Notes: generated by a model from the letters alone, not told the origin. 64,000 nt of DNA from Candidatus Latescibacterota bacterium (GCA_965208105.1 OZ242318.1:576001-640000), one strand, 5' to 3'. Numbered from the stretch's first letter, positions 47,048 through 56,372 are shown. Numbers and translations are program-made.

Positions 47048-49711
47048 ATGAGGGGATTCCTCCTGCTTTCTGCCCTGGCCTTTCTCGTCCCTCCCTCCCT
47101 GTCCGCCGCAGGCCTGCAGGGCATGGTGCGCGATGCCCGGACCAGAGAGGCGCTGCCGGGCGCAAACGCCTACCTGGAAGGTACGGGGCGCGGCACAACC
47201 ACGGATTCCGATGGACGATTCGAACTCGCCGGTATCGCCGCGGGCAGCCAGGTCATCATCGTGACCTTCATAGGATACGAGGAGTACCGTGGTCCCGTTG
47301 ACCTGGGAGAAGGTGTGGTCGAGCTCATCGTGGAACTCCAGCCGGAGGTGTTCCGCGGCAAGGAGGTCATCGTCGTCGCCAACCGCGCCAGGCTGCGCGA
47401 AACGCCGGTGGCCTTCTCCGACGTCCCCAAAGCTGAACTGCAACGCAAGCTCGGCTCGCGGGACCTGCCGCTTATACTGAATGATTCGCCGGGTGTCTAC
47501 GCCACCGAGCAGGGTGGCGGCGCCGGCGACTCCCGCCTCAATGTGCGAGGATTCGACCAGCGCAACGTCGCCGTCATGATCAACGGCGTGCCGGTCAACG
47601 ATATGGAAAACGGCTGGGTCTACTGGTCCAACTTCGACGGTCTGAGCGATGCCGCCTCCTCGATTCAGCTGCAGCGCGGACTGGGCGCCTCGAATCTGGC
47701 CATCGCCTCGGTTGGCGGCACCGTGAACATCGTCACCGATCCCGCCCTCCAGGAGCGCGGATTCACAATCAAGCAGGAGGCCGGGAGCGGCGCCTTTTTC
47801 AAGACCAGGTTCGACTTTTCATCCGGTTTGCTGGACGACAAAGCGGCATTCACCCTGGGCGTCACGCGCAAAATCGGCGACGGGCTTCCGCAGCAGGCAT
47901 GGTCGTCGGGATGGTCCTATTTCGGGGCTTTCAGCTTTCTGGCATCCGGGGATCACAAGGTCGATGTGTTCGTCGCCGGCGCTCCGCAACGCCATGGACA
48001 ACGCCTCTACAAGCAGTCCGTCGCTACCTTCGACCACGACTACGCCCGCTCCCTCGGCATCGAGGTGAGGGACGCGGGCGATTTCGGGCTGAACTACAAC
48101 CCGAACTGGGGGCGCTCGCCGTTTCAATCCTATCGCGAGTACTTCAACGGGAAACTGCACCATGCCCGCGACAACGAGGTAATCATGGAGCGGGAAAATT
48201 ACTACCACAAGCCCCAGGTCAACCTGAACTGGTACTGGACCCCCGGAGTTCGGTTCCTCTTGTCCAACGTGTTTTATTTTTCTCGGGGGAAAGGCGGCGG
48301 CACCGGACGCATGGGTCCCGACCCGGGCAGGCTTGCCGACGGCAGCATCGACTGGAGGCGCGCCGGCGGCGAATTGAACTCCCGGGCGGCGTCGGAAGCC
48401 GACCCCGGTCTGGTGGAAACCGGCCAGGTGGGCGGCAATGAGACTGCTGCCCGGACCATCATCCGGAACTCGGTCAACCAGCATTTCTGGTACGGCTACC
48501 TGGGAACCGCCGAATACCGCCTGAGCACCGCCCTGAAGCTGGCCTGGGGCCTGGACCTGCGCTACTACCAGGGCCAGCACTGGCGCGAAGTGCGCAACCT
48601 GCTCGGTGCCGATTACTTCGTCTGCGAAGGGGACGCCAACGCCGCCACCGTGGTCAAGCGCCCGGGCGACAAGGTCTCCTACCACAACGATGGTCTCACG
48701 CGCTGGGGCGGAGGATTTGCCCAGCTTGAAGGGCAGTTCAGCAAGTTCACCGCGTTTGCGAGCGCCTCGGGATCGTTGACCGGCTACCAGCGCATCGACT
48801 ACTTCCGCCCCAGGATCGACGGCGATTGGGACCGGACCGGCTGGAAAAACTTCACCGGCTTCACCTTGAAAGCGGGCGGCAACTACAACGCCACACCCTT
48901 TGTCAATCTCTACGCCAACCTCGGCTGGCTTTCCTCCGCACCCAAATTCGACTCCGTTTACCACTTCGACAACAGCCTCTACGATCCCACCTTCAACGAG
49001 AAGGTAGCCTCCCTCGAACTGGGTGCCGGTTACATCGATCCAGGCCTGGTCAGCGCCCACGCGAACCTCTATTTCACCAGGTGGATGGACCGCTCCTGGC
49101 CCAAGAGCATCTACAGCCCCGGGCTCGGCCAGCGCCTGCGATTCCTGCTCAACGGCATCGACGCCCGACATGCGGGCGTAGAGCTCGACCTGAGGGCGCG
49201 GCCCCACTCCATGGTGGAAGTCCGCGGCATAGTGTCCCTGGGCGACTGGCGATGGCTCAACGATGTGGAGGTGACATTTTCACCGGAAGAGGACCCGGCG
49301 GCCGCGGGCAACTTTCAGGCCTATGCCAAGGGACTGAAGGTGGGTGATTCGGCGCAAAAGACCCTGGCCTTGAGCGCGGCGGTGTCGCCGGTGGACCGCC
49401 TCTACGCCTCGCTGGGCCTGAGGCGATTCATGGACCACTACGCCAGGTTCGACCCGGCCAACCGCACCGATCCCGACGACCGCCGGCAATCCTGGCGCCT
49501 CCCCGATTACAATCTGACCAGTCTGCACGTGGGGTACAGCCTTCCCGGGGATGCATTGCGCCATATCAAGCTGCGGCTGCACGTCTTCAATCTGCTCGAC
49601 AAGCGCTACGTCTCCGACGCGGATGACGGCGACCGCCACGACGCGGCAGGCGCCGTCGTATTTCTCGGGCTTCCGCGCCGGTGGATTGTCTCGCTGTCCT
49701 ACGAATATTAG
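47048..49711 (+). CDS. TonB-dependent receptor
   Basis: Signal peptide, carboxypeptidase-regulatory-like domain, plug NVRGFDQRN…INGVPVND, C-terminal aromatic residue. Confidence 0.9.
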   Translation: MRGFLLLSALAFLVPPSLSAAGLQGMVRDARTREALPGANAYLEGTGRGTTTDSDGRFELAGIAAGSQVIIVTFIGYEEYRGPVDLGEGVVELIVELQPEVFRGKEVIVVANRARLRETPVAFSDVPKAELQRKLGSRDLPLILNDSPGVYATEQGGGAGDSRLNVRGFDQRNVAVMINGVPVNDMENGWVYWSNFDGLSDAASSIQLQRGLGASNLAIASVGGTVNIVTDPALQERGFTIKQEAGSGAFFKTRFDFSSGLLDDKAAFTLGVTRKIGDGLPQQAWSSGWSYFGAFSFLASGDHKVDVFVAGAPQRHGQRLYKQSVATFDHDYARSLGIEVRDAGDFGLNYNPNWGRSPFQSYREYFNGKLHHARDNEVIMERENYYHKPQVNLNWYWTPGVRFLLSNVFYFSRGKGGGTGRMGPDPGRLADGSIDWRRAGGELNSRAASEADPGLVETGQVGGNETAARTIIRNSVNQHFWYGYLGTAEYRLSTALKLAWGLDLRYYQGQHWREVRNLLGADYFVCEGDANAATVVKRPGDKVSYHNDGLTRWGGGFAQLEGQFSKFTAFASASGSLTGYQRIDYFRPRIDGDWDRTGWKNFTGFTLKAGGNYNATPFVNLYANLGWLSSAPKFDSVYHFDNSLYDPTFNEKVASLELGAGYIDPGLVSAHANLYFTRWMDRSWPKSIYSPGLGQRLRFLLNGIDARHAGVELDLRARPHSMVEVRGIVSLGDWRWLNDVEVTFSPEEDPAAAGNFQAYAKGLKVGDSAQKTLALSAAVSPVDRLYASLGLRRFMDHYARFDPANRTDPDDRRQSWRLPDYNLTSLHVGYSLPGDALRHIKLRLHVFNLLDKRYVSDADDGDRHDAAGAVVFLGLPRRWIVSLSYEY

Positions 49712-49761
49712 TGTCCCGTCGCAGAAACAGGCTGCGGCGCCAGGACCGTTCCGGGACACTA
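49709..49761. mobile_element. 53-bp family 1 remnant supplying both stop codons of convergent genes
   Basis: TAGTGTCCCGTCGCAGAAA…CCGGGACACTA. TAG 49709-11 (+) and CTA 49759-61 (-) are the stops. Confidence 0.8.
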
Positions 49762-50328
49762 TTGCAGGCGGCGGAAGGTCATGGTGTTCGTCATCATCTC
49801 CTCACCTCCCTGGTACATGGACCAGGTCTGGGACATCTCGTCGCCGCCGTCGTAGGCAATGGACACGGAGTGCATGTGCGGTTCTTCCGCTGAATCCAGC
49901 GAGCCCTCTACCATCTCCAGGGTGAGGACTCTTTCCGTGGAGCTGGTCAGGATCATCCGGGGCTGGTTTCCCAGGGCGCAATAGTGCGTCATGGACAGCT
50001 TGCCCCCGCGGTCGTGGTAGACCGAGATCATCTCCTTCGGCGTGTCGGGGAAGTTGCGCTCCACCACGACGCTGCCGTTGGCCGTTACCCGGTACTCCGC
50101 CGCGACCCGGGCCATCGCGCCCTCTCCCCCTGCGGCTCCCTGCGGCATGCCGGCGGTGGCTATCCAGCGGCCGGCCAAGGCCTTGAGGCGCTCGAACTCC
50201 GGCGAGCCCACGTAGGGTGGCGGCGAATGGGCCTCCTCACCAGGCGGGACGGTCTCTTTATCGTTCTGGCCGGACACCGAGAGCGCGGAGAAGGCGGCGG
50301 CGAAGAGGACAAGTGTCGTTCTCATCAT
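49759..50328 (-). CDS. Secreted hypothetical protein
   Basis: Signal peptide and conserved-looking MISVYH…MTHYCALGNQPRM. Confidence 0.75.
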   Translation of the reverse strand: MMRTTLVLFAAAFSALSVSGQNDKETVPPGEEAHSPPPYVGSPEFERLKALAGRWIATAGMPQGAAGGEGAMARVAAEYRVTANGSVVVERNFPDTPKEMISVYHDRGGKLSMTHYCALGNQPRMILTSSTERVLTLEMVEGSLDSAEEPHMHSVSIAYDGGDEMSQTWSMYQGGEEMMTNTMTFRRLQ

Positions 50329-50484
50329 CGGATCATCCTTTTCTTGGGTGAATTTGGGCAGAATAAGCTACGATATCGGCGCCTCTCACCGCCGGGACGG
50401 CCGGCGGCGGTATCATTCGCCTGCCCCGAATCGCAGGCAGGGATCATGGGCAGTCGGCTTTGTTCGGGCAGTTCCGCCCGTCCC

Positions 50485-51231
50485 TCAAGCCCCGGATTCG
50501 ATGATCTCCGGGTGGTCGTGAATCGAGGGGGTGGCCATTAGGCGCTTCTGGCGGTCGGTCAACTCCCCGTACTCTTCCAGATCGTAAAATTCCTTTGCCC
50601 AGGACGAGTAGCCGGGGCTGTACTTGTAGAGCAGAGTGCGGCGCTGGTGTCCGGCGCGCCAGGGCAAGGTCCCGTGGATGAGGGCTTCGGTGAAGAACAA
50701 GGCGTCCCCGGCCCTGGCGGTCGGCTGGACGACGTAGTGCGCCCGGCGCTCGAAGTGCCTGACATCCCCGGGCAGATTGTCGAGATAATTGGTCTTGTGG
50801 CTGCCGGGAACGCAGGCAAACCCCCCGTCACCCTCGCCGGCATCGGTCAGGAAAAAGGTAACCACGCTCAGTCCATTGCGCATACAGCCGTCGCGGTAGC
50901 TGAACCAGTGGTCGGTATCCTGCCTGGGACCGCCGTGGAGAGCTCCCCGGGTTTCGCCCTGGTCCATGATGATGGCGTAGTCGTGGTCGATCCTGACCTT
51001 GGGGCCGATGAGCTCGATCAGGTATGGCAGGATCCTGGGGTGATCGATCAGGCTTCTGGTAGCGCGGCCCCAACCGCTGATCTTGTTCAGGTCGTTGCGG
51101 GGGTTGTTCTCCCAGCCTTCGACATGCCGGTCGACCAGGGCGTTGAGATCGTGCAGCTCTCCTGGGCTCAGGACATCCCTGATTACGAGGTATCCCTCGA
51201 GGTCGAAGACGAACTTTTCTTCATCGGTCAT
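50485..51231 (-). CDS. PhyH-family Fe(II)/2OG enzyme (HGG variant)
   Basis: FDLEGYLVIRDVLS, LHGG, PGSHK and GDALFFTEALIHGT motifs. Confidence 0.85.
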   Translation of the reverse strand: MTDEEKFVFDLEGYLVIRDVLSPGELHDLNALVDRHVEGWENNPRNDLNKISGWGRATRSLIDHPRILPYLIELIGPKVRIDHDYAIIMDQGETRGALHGGPRQDTDHWFSYRDGCMRNGLSVVTFFLTDAGEGDGGFACVPGSHKTNYLDNLPGDVRHFERRAHYVVQPTARAGDALFFTEALIHGTLPWRAGHQRRTLLYKYSPGYSSWAKEFYDLEEYGELTDRQKRLMATPSIHDHPEIIESGA

Positions 51232-51399
51232 GACGCACACTCCTTGGGGGTCAGCAATCCCGGGAAATACTTCGCCATCGAATGGGGCCGGAATGGTCCG
51301 TGATGGCCGAGGCAGCGGCCGCACCTGGAGATAGGGAATCCCCGGGACCTGTGGAAGCGGCCGGCAGGAGGTGGAAGATAGCTCCTCCTTGTGAACCTA

Positions 51400-51664
51400 T
51401 CAACAGAGATGCCGTGTTCGGGATGGCACTTTGGTGCCGTCGTCGAAGGTGAACCCGTCGAGCCACTGGTCGCAGTTGGTGGGAATCCCGGTGTTGGTGA
51501 GGGTGGACTCCAGGTTGCCGGCCAGGGAGACTTCCGTTTCAGTCCCGATATAGAATCCTCCAGGGATTCCCGCTCCGGCTCCCGGAAGCGGTTGCGGTAG
51601 CCGCAAGCAGCACAATGAATCCTGCTGAAATTGCCGCGGTGAAATAGAAGATGGCTCTGTTCAT
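51400..51664 (-). pseudogene. Frameshifted, truncated remnant of a secreted or outer-membrane protein
   Basis: AGGAGG RBS and signal peptide MNRAIF…ATATA in one frame, then GFYIGTETEVSL…PTNCDQWL in another frame, then an early stop. Confidence 0.5.
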
Positions 51665-51732
51665 CGACAAGCTCCTCCTGGTTGAGCTGCAGCCCATAAT
51701 TCGGGAAGTCGAGGAGTTCAGGCGCACCAACT

Positions 51733-51795
51733 TTGACTGCCGGGCAGAGAATTCATATTATGAAACGGCCCGTTGCGATGAAACGGCCCGTTGCG
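51733..51795 (+). promoter_or_regulatory. sigma70 promoter followed by two tandem 18-bp operator-like repeats
   Basis: TTGACT-17-TATTAT. ATGAAACGGCCCGTTGCG occurs twice (51760-51795), each with the palindrome AACGG-C-CCGTT. Confidence 0.65.
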
Positions 51796-51834
51796 GAAAA
51801 CCGAGACCACTCCCCCAATCCGAAAGAGCCCGGC

Positions 51835-52023
51835 ATGATCCGCTTCAAGTTGGAAGCCATTGAGAAACTGATGGAAGAGCGCAAACCCGAGATCAACCTC
51901 ACCACCTACCAGCACATCAAGAAGACGGTGGACAACGGCGCCGAGGGAATGGCTCCCTACACCTTGTCCAACATGTGCCGCGACCTGAATTGCCTGCCAA
52001 CGGATATCATCGAATACGTCTGA
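51835..52023 (+). CDS. Small Cro/C1-type (HTH_26/YozG-like) protein
   Basis: MIRFKL start and TLSNMCRDLNCLPTDIIEYV C-terminus. Confidence 0.65.
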   Translation: MIRFKLEAIEKLMEERKPEINLTTYQHIKKTVDNGAEGMAPYTLSNMCRDLNCLPTDIIEYV

Positions 52024-52084
52024 GCCGCCACCTCCCCGGCGCCCAAGAGCATCCCTTCCTGAAATCATCCCATCAGGACGCAGC

Positions 52085-52471
52085 GTGAAGACCCTGGGGA
52101 AACAACTCCTCGTGGACCTCTACGACTGTGCGCCCGCACTGCTCGACGATGTGGGCTACATCGAGACCAGCATGAAAAAAGCGGCCACCGCTGCCGGGGC
52201 CGCAATCGTGAGCTCGAGCTTCCACCCATTTTCTCCCTGCGGAGTCTCCGGGGTGGTGGCCATTCGGGAGAGCCACCTGGCGATCCACACCTGGCCCGAG
52301 TTCGGATTCGCCGCCGTGGACCTGTTCACCTGCGGCGACGGGGTCGATCCCTGGCGCGCCTATGCAGTCCTGAAGCAGGCCTTTCGCGCCAGCCGCGGGA
52401 CCACGGTGGAAATGCATCGCGGGCAACCCGATATGAAGGAGGGGAACGGGGCGACCCAGGCGCCCCGGTGA
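52085..52471 (+). CDS. speD: Pyruvoyl-dependent S-adenosylmethionine decarboxylase proenzyme (class 1B)
   Basis: GVSGVV.I.ESHLAIHTWPE and DLFTCG motifs. Confidence 0.88.
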   Translation: MKTLGKQLLVDLYDCAPALLDDVGYIETSMKKAATAAGAAIVSSSFHPFSPCGVSGVVAIRESHLAIHTWPEFGFAAVDLFTCGDGVDPWRAYAVLKQAFRASRGTTVEMHRGQPDMKEGNGATQAPR

Positions 52472-52553
52472 AACAGGAGGCGGGGAGCCCGGCAAGGTGG
52501 AGTCCCCGCAACATTTCCGGCACCGGCAATCCCCGGCGAGGTGTCCCCGGGAC

Positions 52554-53492
52554 TCACTCCTCACCCGCAAGCAGATTGCTCATGTAGCTGCGGAAGGTCC
52601 GGGCGCGTTCCCTCACAACCAGCTCCAACTGGTGCAGCTCCTGCTGCCTCGCCTTCAATTTTTGAATTTCCAGCTGGGTCCTGTCGGCCCTTATCCCCCG
52701 CAACCACCGTCCGTAGCGCTCCGACTGCGGTTCCCCCGATGCGACCAAAGTCGGGGCGACCGGCTCGCGGACCTCTTCCCCCAGTTGCGAAGTGGTCAAC
52801 AGCATTCTGCCCTCGGCCGCCTGTTGGTCAACGAGGCGAATCTCCCTTCCGAAGGCGTGGACCCGGGCCTGCAGGCGGAGCACCTTCTCCAAACGCAGAA
52901 GGCGTTGGGACGTCCTCCTGGCCTCCGCGCGGAGGCGGTCGGCTATGTCTTTCATGAGCTCGATCTTCTGGAGGATATCGTCGACGCCGTCGTCGGGGCT
53001 TATGTCCATTTCCTCGCTGTAGTGCAGCTGCGACTCGTCCACCTTGTCCCCCAGGTTGGCGCGGGCTTCCTGGTACAGGATCAGCTGCAGGATCATTCCT
53101 TGGTCGGGAGTCTCCCCCAGCTTCTGGATCAGGGCTCCGATCTCCCAGTCGTAGGCCAGGCGCAGGCGCTCGTCCAGGTCCTCCCGCTGGGAGCGCAGCT
53201 CCTCCAGCTCCAGCTCCAGGGCGTTGCGGCGTTCCACCATGTCCGTACAGTGGCACAACACCTGCCGCAGTTCCTCCCCTGCCTCTCCAATTCTCTTGAG
53301 GCTGTCGACCCGGGCGGAGAGACTTTCCTCCTCCCGCAACAGTTGCAGATGCCGGACCTCCAAAGAGTCCTGTCGGACCCTCAACCGCTCTTTCTCCACC
53401 TCCAGAACGCGAATCTCCCCCGGGCCTGCCCAGGCCATGACCGTGAAGGCGGCAAAGGCTGCGGAGAATAAAGGGAAGGCGATTGCGAACAT
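52554..53492 (-). CDS. Secreted coiled-coil hypothetical protein
   Basis: Signal peptide and E/L/R-rich heptads. Starts 2 bp after the regulator stop. Confidence 0.7.
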   Translation of the reverse strand: MFAIAFPLFSAAFAAFTVMAWAGPGEIRVLEVEKERLRVRQDSLEVRHLQLLREEESLSARVDSLKRIGEAGEELRQVLCHCTDMVERRNALELELEELRSQREDLDERLRLAYDWEIGALIQKLGETPDQGMILQLILYQEARANLGDKVDESQLHYSEEMDISPDDGVDDILQKIELMKDIADRLRAEARRTSQRLLRLEKVLRLQARVHAFGREIRLVDQQAAEGRMLLTTSQLGEEVREPVAPTLVASGEPQSERYGRWLRGIRADRTQLEIQKLKARQQELHQLELVVRERARTFRSYMSNLLAGEE

Positions 53493-53494
53493 GT

Positions 53495-54874
53495 CTACTC
53501 CAGGCCGTACTTGTCAAGTTTATAATAAAGGGCGCTGGTCTTTATCCCCAGTATCTCCGCCGCCCGGGTCTTTACCTGCCCGGCCTGGTTCATGGCGCGC
53601 TCGATCAGTTTCCTCTCCATGTCGTCCAGGGCCTTGTTGAGCGGGATTTCACCTGCGGGCAGGTCCCCCAGGTCGCGGTCCTCGCCGTCGGAGAAGGTCA
53701 GGGGAAGGGAATGCAGCCCTACCTCGTCGCCGTCGGCCAGCACAATGGTGCGTTCTATTACATTTTCGAGCTCGCGAACGTTGCCAGGCCACGGGTAGTT
53801 CCTGAGCCCGTCCATGGCTTCCGATGTAAGACGCTTGAGAGGCAGATTCATTTCCCGGCATTTTTTCCCGAGAAAATGCTCCACCAGCGCGGGGATGTCA
53901 TCCTTGCGCTGGCGCAACGGCGGCAGCCGCAGCGGAATGACCTCGAGGCGATAGTACAAATCTTCGCGGAACTGTCTTTTCTCCACCATATCCTTCAGGA
54001 GGCGATTGGTCGCGGCAACGACCCGCACGTCGGCGTGGAGGGTATGCTCCCCGCCGACCCTGTCGAACTCCTTCTCCTGCAGCACCCGGAGCAGCTTGAT
54101 CTGGATATCCAGGGGGATGTCCCCGATTTCATCAAGGAATATAGTGCCTCCCTCGGCAAGTTCAAATTTGCCCTTCTTGCGGCGCACCGCTCCGGTGAAG
54201 GCCCCCCTCTCGTGTCCGAACAACTCGCTTTCTATCAATTCCCGCGGCAGCGCACCGCAGTTGACCTTGACGAATGGACTTCCCTTCCGCGAACTCTGGT
54301 AGTGCAGCGCCCTGGCCACCAACTCCTTGCCGGTCCCGCTCTCGCCGTAGATCAAGACGGAGGAATCCGCCGCCGCCACCTTTTGCACCGCGGCGAGGAC
54401 CTGCTGCATGCCCCGCGACCGCCCCACGATCTCCCCGAAGTTGTATCGCCCGCTGATCTCGGCGCGCAGGTAACGGTTCTCCTCGTCCAGGCGCTCGCGT
54501 TCCCTGCGCGCAGCCCGGTGCTCCAGCACCTTGTCGACCTTCAGGCGCAGGGCTTCGGGCGGAAAGGGCTTGGTGATGAAATCGGCCGCGCCCATCTGCA
54601 TGGCTTGCACCGCGATTTCGATGGTGCCATGGGCGGTCATGATCATCACGTCGGTGTCGGCGTACCTGGTCCGCACCGCCTCCAGCACCTGCAGACCATC
54701 CATTTCGTCCATCCGGTAGTCCGTGATCACCAGGTCGAAGGGACGCTTCCTCAACAGCCCCATACCCTCCGGTCCGGACCTGGCCGCCACCCCCTGGTGC
54801 CCCATGCGCTCCAGCATCAGAACCATGCCGCTGCCGAGGGTCTCGTTGTCGTCCACGATCAGAATCCGGCTCAT
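53495..54874 (-). CDS. NtrC-family sigma54-dependent response regulator
   Basis: Receiver ILIVDD…TDYRM, GESGTGKE, GAFTGA and Fis-type HTH. Confidence 0.95.
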   Translation of the reverse strand: MSRILIVDDNETLGSGMVLMLERMGHQGVAARSGPEGMGLLRKRPFDLVITDYRMDEMDGLQVLEAVRTRYADTDVMIMTAHGTIEIAVQAMQMGAADFITKPFPPEALRLKVDKVLEHRAARRERERLDEENRYLRAEISGRYNFGEIVGRSRGMQQVLAAVQKVAAADSSVLIYGESGTGKELVARALHYQSSRKGSPFVKVNCGALPRELIESELFGHERGAFTGAVRRKKGKFELAEGGTIFLDEIGDIPLDIQIKLLRVLQEKEFDRVGGEHTLHADVRVVAATNRLLKDMVEKRQFREDLYYRLEVIPLRLPPLRQRKDDIPALVEHFLGKKCREMNLPLKRLTSEAMDGLRNYPWPGNVRELENVIERTIVLADGDEVGLHSLPLTFSDGEDRDLGDLPAGEIPLNKALDDMERKLIERAMNQAGQVKTRAAEILGIKTSALYYKLDKYGLE

Positions 54875-54878
54875 CGTC

Positions 54879-56372
54879 CTAGTGTCTCTCCGCGCTCGAA
54901 TCCTCGCTCCCCGGCAGGATGACCCTGCAGGTGGTTCCCCGCCCGACCGCACTTTCCACCTCGATCCTGCCGCGGTTTTCCTCCAGGGTCTGACGCACGA
55001 TGGCCATGCCCAGGCCCGATCCTTTCTCCCTGGTGGTGTGAAAGGGCTCGAAGATGCGGTCCCGCAGCTCCGGGCTCATTCCCACTCCCGTATCCATGAC
55101 TTCCACCGCCACATCCCCCCTGACCTGGACGGCCTTCACCCGCAATTCACCACCCTGCCGCATGGCCTGCACCGAATTCTGCATCAGGTTGAACAGCGTG
55201 CGCCTTATCTGCGCCGGATCGACGAAGGCCTGCAGATGCGGCGCTATCTCCTGGCGGTACTCTATCCCCGCCTTTTCCATCTCGGGCTTGAGTAAAAAAG
55301 CCGCCTCCTCGGCCAGGTGGGACACGGAGGTGAACTCACGGCAGGGCGGCGCCGGCCGGGCGAACTCGAGGAACTCGGAGATCACCCCATCGAGCTTTCT
55401 GACCTCGCCGATGACCTTCTGAATATGCTGCTTGCGTCCGTCCTCAGCGGGCAGATCGCCCGCGATGAGGCCGGCGTACAGTTCGATTCCACCGAGGGGA
55501 TTGCGAATCTCGTGGGCGACCCCGGCAAGCATCTGGCGAAGCTGCGCGTCTCGCGCCAGGAGTTTGAGCCGCATCTCTTCCATGCTCTCCCCCAGGTATC
55601 CCAATTCGTCCCGCGCCGAAGTGTCCACCACCCGCCCCAGGTTGCCGCGGCCTATGTCCCGCGCCGCCGCCACCAGGCGCTGAATGGGCCGGGTAATGGT
55701 TCGCGCCAGCCCCAGGCCCACGATCACGGTGAGCAGGGCGCCGACGCTGGCGAAGATGTAGACCGAACGTTTGAACACGCGGATTGTATCCACAAAACCG
55801 GCGCCGATATCGACACCCACCCCGGCTGCCACCTCGCCTCCTGAAAAAACGGGAGCGTACCCGGTCATATAGTAGGTCCCCTCGTCGTCCTGAAACAGCA
55901 CGGAGTGCGCCGGCGTCCCCTGCCAGACCTGGTCCAGCTCGAGGCGGTCGCGAATTCTGAGGTGAGGGTACTCCCTCCCGATGGGGGTATCTCCCTGGGT
56001 ATCCAGGAGGCTGCGTCCACGCCGGTCGAAAGCATAGATGCGCCGGGCTCCCATCATCTCCTGTTTGCGCTGCAGCTGGGCGGTGAGCATGCTGTAGACG
56101 CGGGAGTCCTCGTAGCCGGGTTGCAGCCGCTCAAGGACATCGCTGTGCAGGCCGGCTGAAACCAGCCGGGCCGTGGCCACCAGATGTTCGCTCATCTGCC
56201 GTTCCAGGCTGCGCTGGATCAGGGCGAAGAGCACCCATCCCGAGCTGCCCATTACCGCCATGACCAGCAGGACGAAGGACAGGACCAGTTTGTGTCCTAT
56301 CCTTCCCCTGCGTCGCACTGGACCTTCTCTGTGTTCTGCCACCTGCCTCCTGCCCGAATTCGGTTCCTCCAT
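54879..56372 (-). CDS. Sensor histidine kinase with HAMP domain
   Basis: Two TM segments, HAMP, AHEIRNPL, N box, DTGVG and GSGLG. Confidence 0.93.
   Translation of the reverse strand: MEEPNSGRRQVAEHREGPVRRRGRIGHKLVLSFVLLVMAVMGSSGWVLFALIQRSLERQMSEHLVATARLVSAGLHSDVLERLQPGYEDSRVYSMLTAQLQRKQEMMGARRIYAFDRRGRSLLDTQGDTPIGREYPHLRIRDRLELDQVWQGTPAHSVLFQDDEGTYYMTGYAPVFSGGEVAAGVGVDIGAGFVDTIRVFKRSVYIFASVGALLTVIVGLGLARTITRPIQRLVAAARDIGRGNLGRVVDTSARDELGYLGESMEEMRLKLLARDAQLRQMLAGVAHEIRNPLGGIELYAGLIAGDLPAEDGRKQHIQKVIGEVRKLDGVISEFLEFARPAPPCREFTSVSHLAEEAAFLLKPEMEKAGIEYRQEIAPHLQAFVDPAQIRRTLFNLMQNSVQAMRQGGELRVKAVQVRGDVAVEVMDTGVGMSPELRDRIFEPFHTTREKGSGLGMAIVRQTLEENRGRIEVESAVGRGTTCRVILPGSEDSSAERH

Noticed and set aside
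6506-49761. CRISPR array or integron attC array
   Set aside because: Repeats are dispersed rather than tandem with spacers. No cas or integrase gene and no attC core sites were seen.
54879-54886. CTAGTGTC at the kinase stop, matching the family 1 terminus
   Set aside because: Only 8 nt match, it points into coding sequence and has no partner IR. Likely chance.
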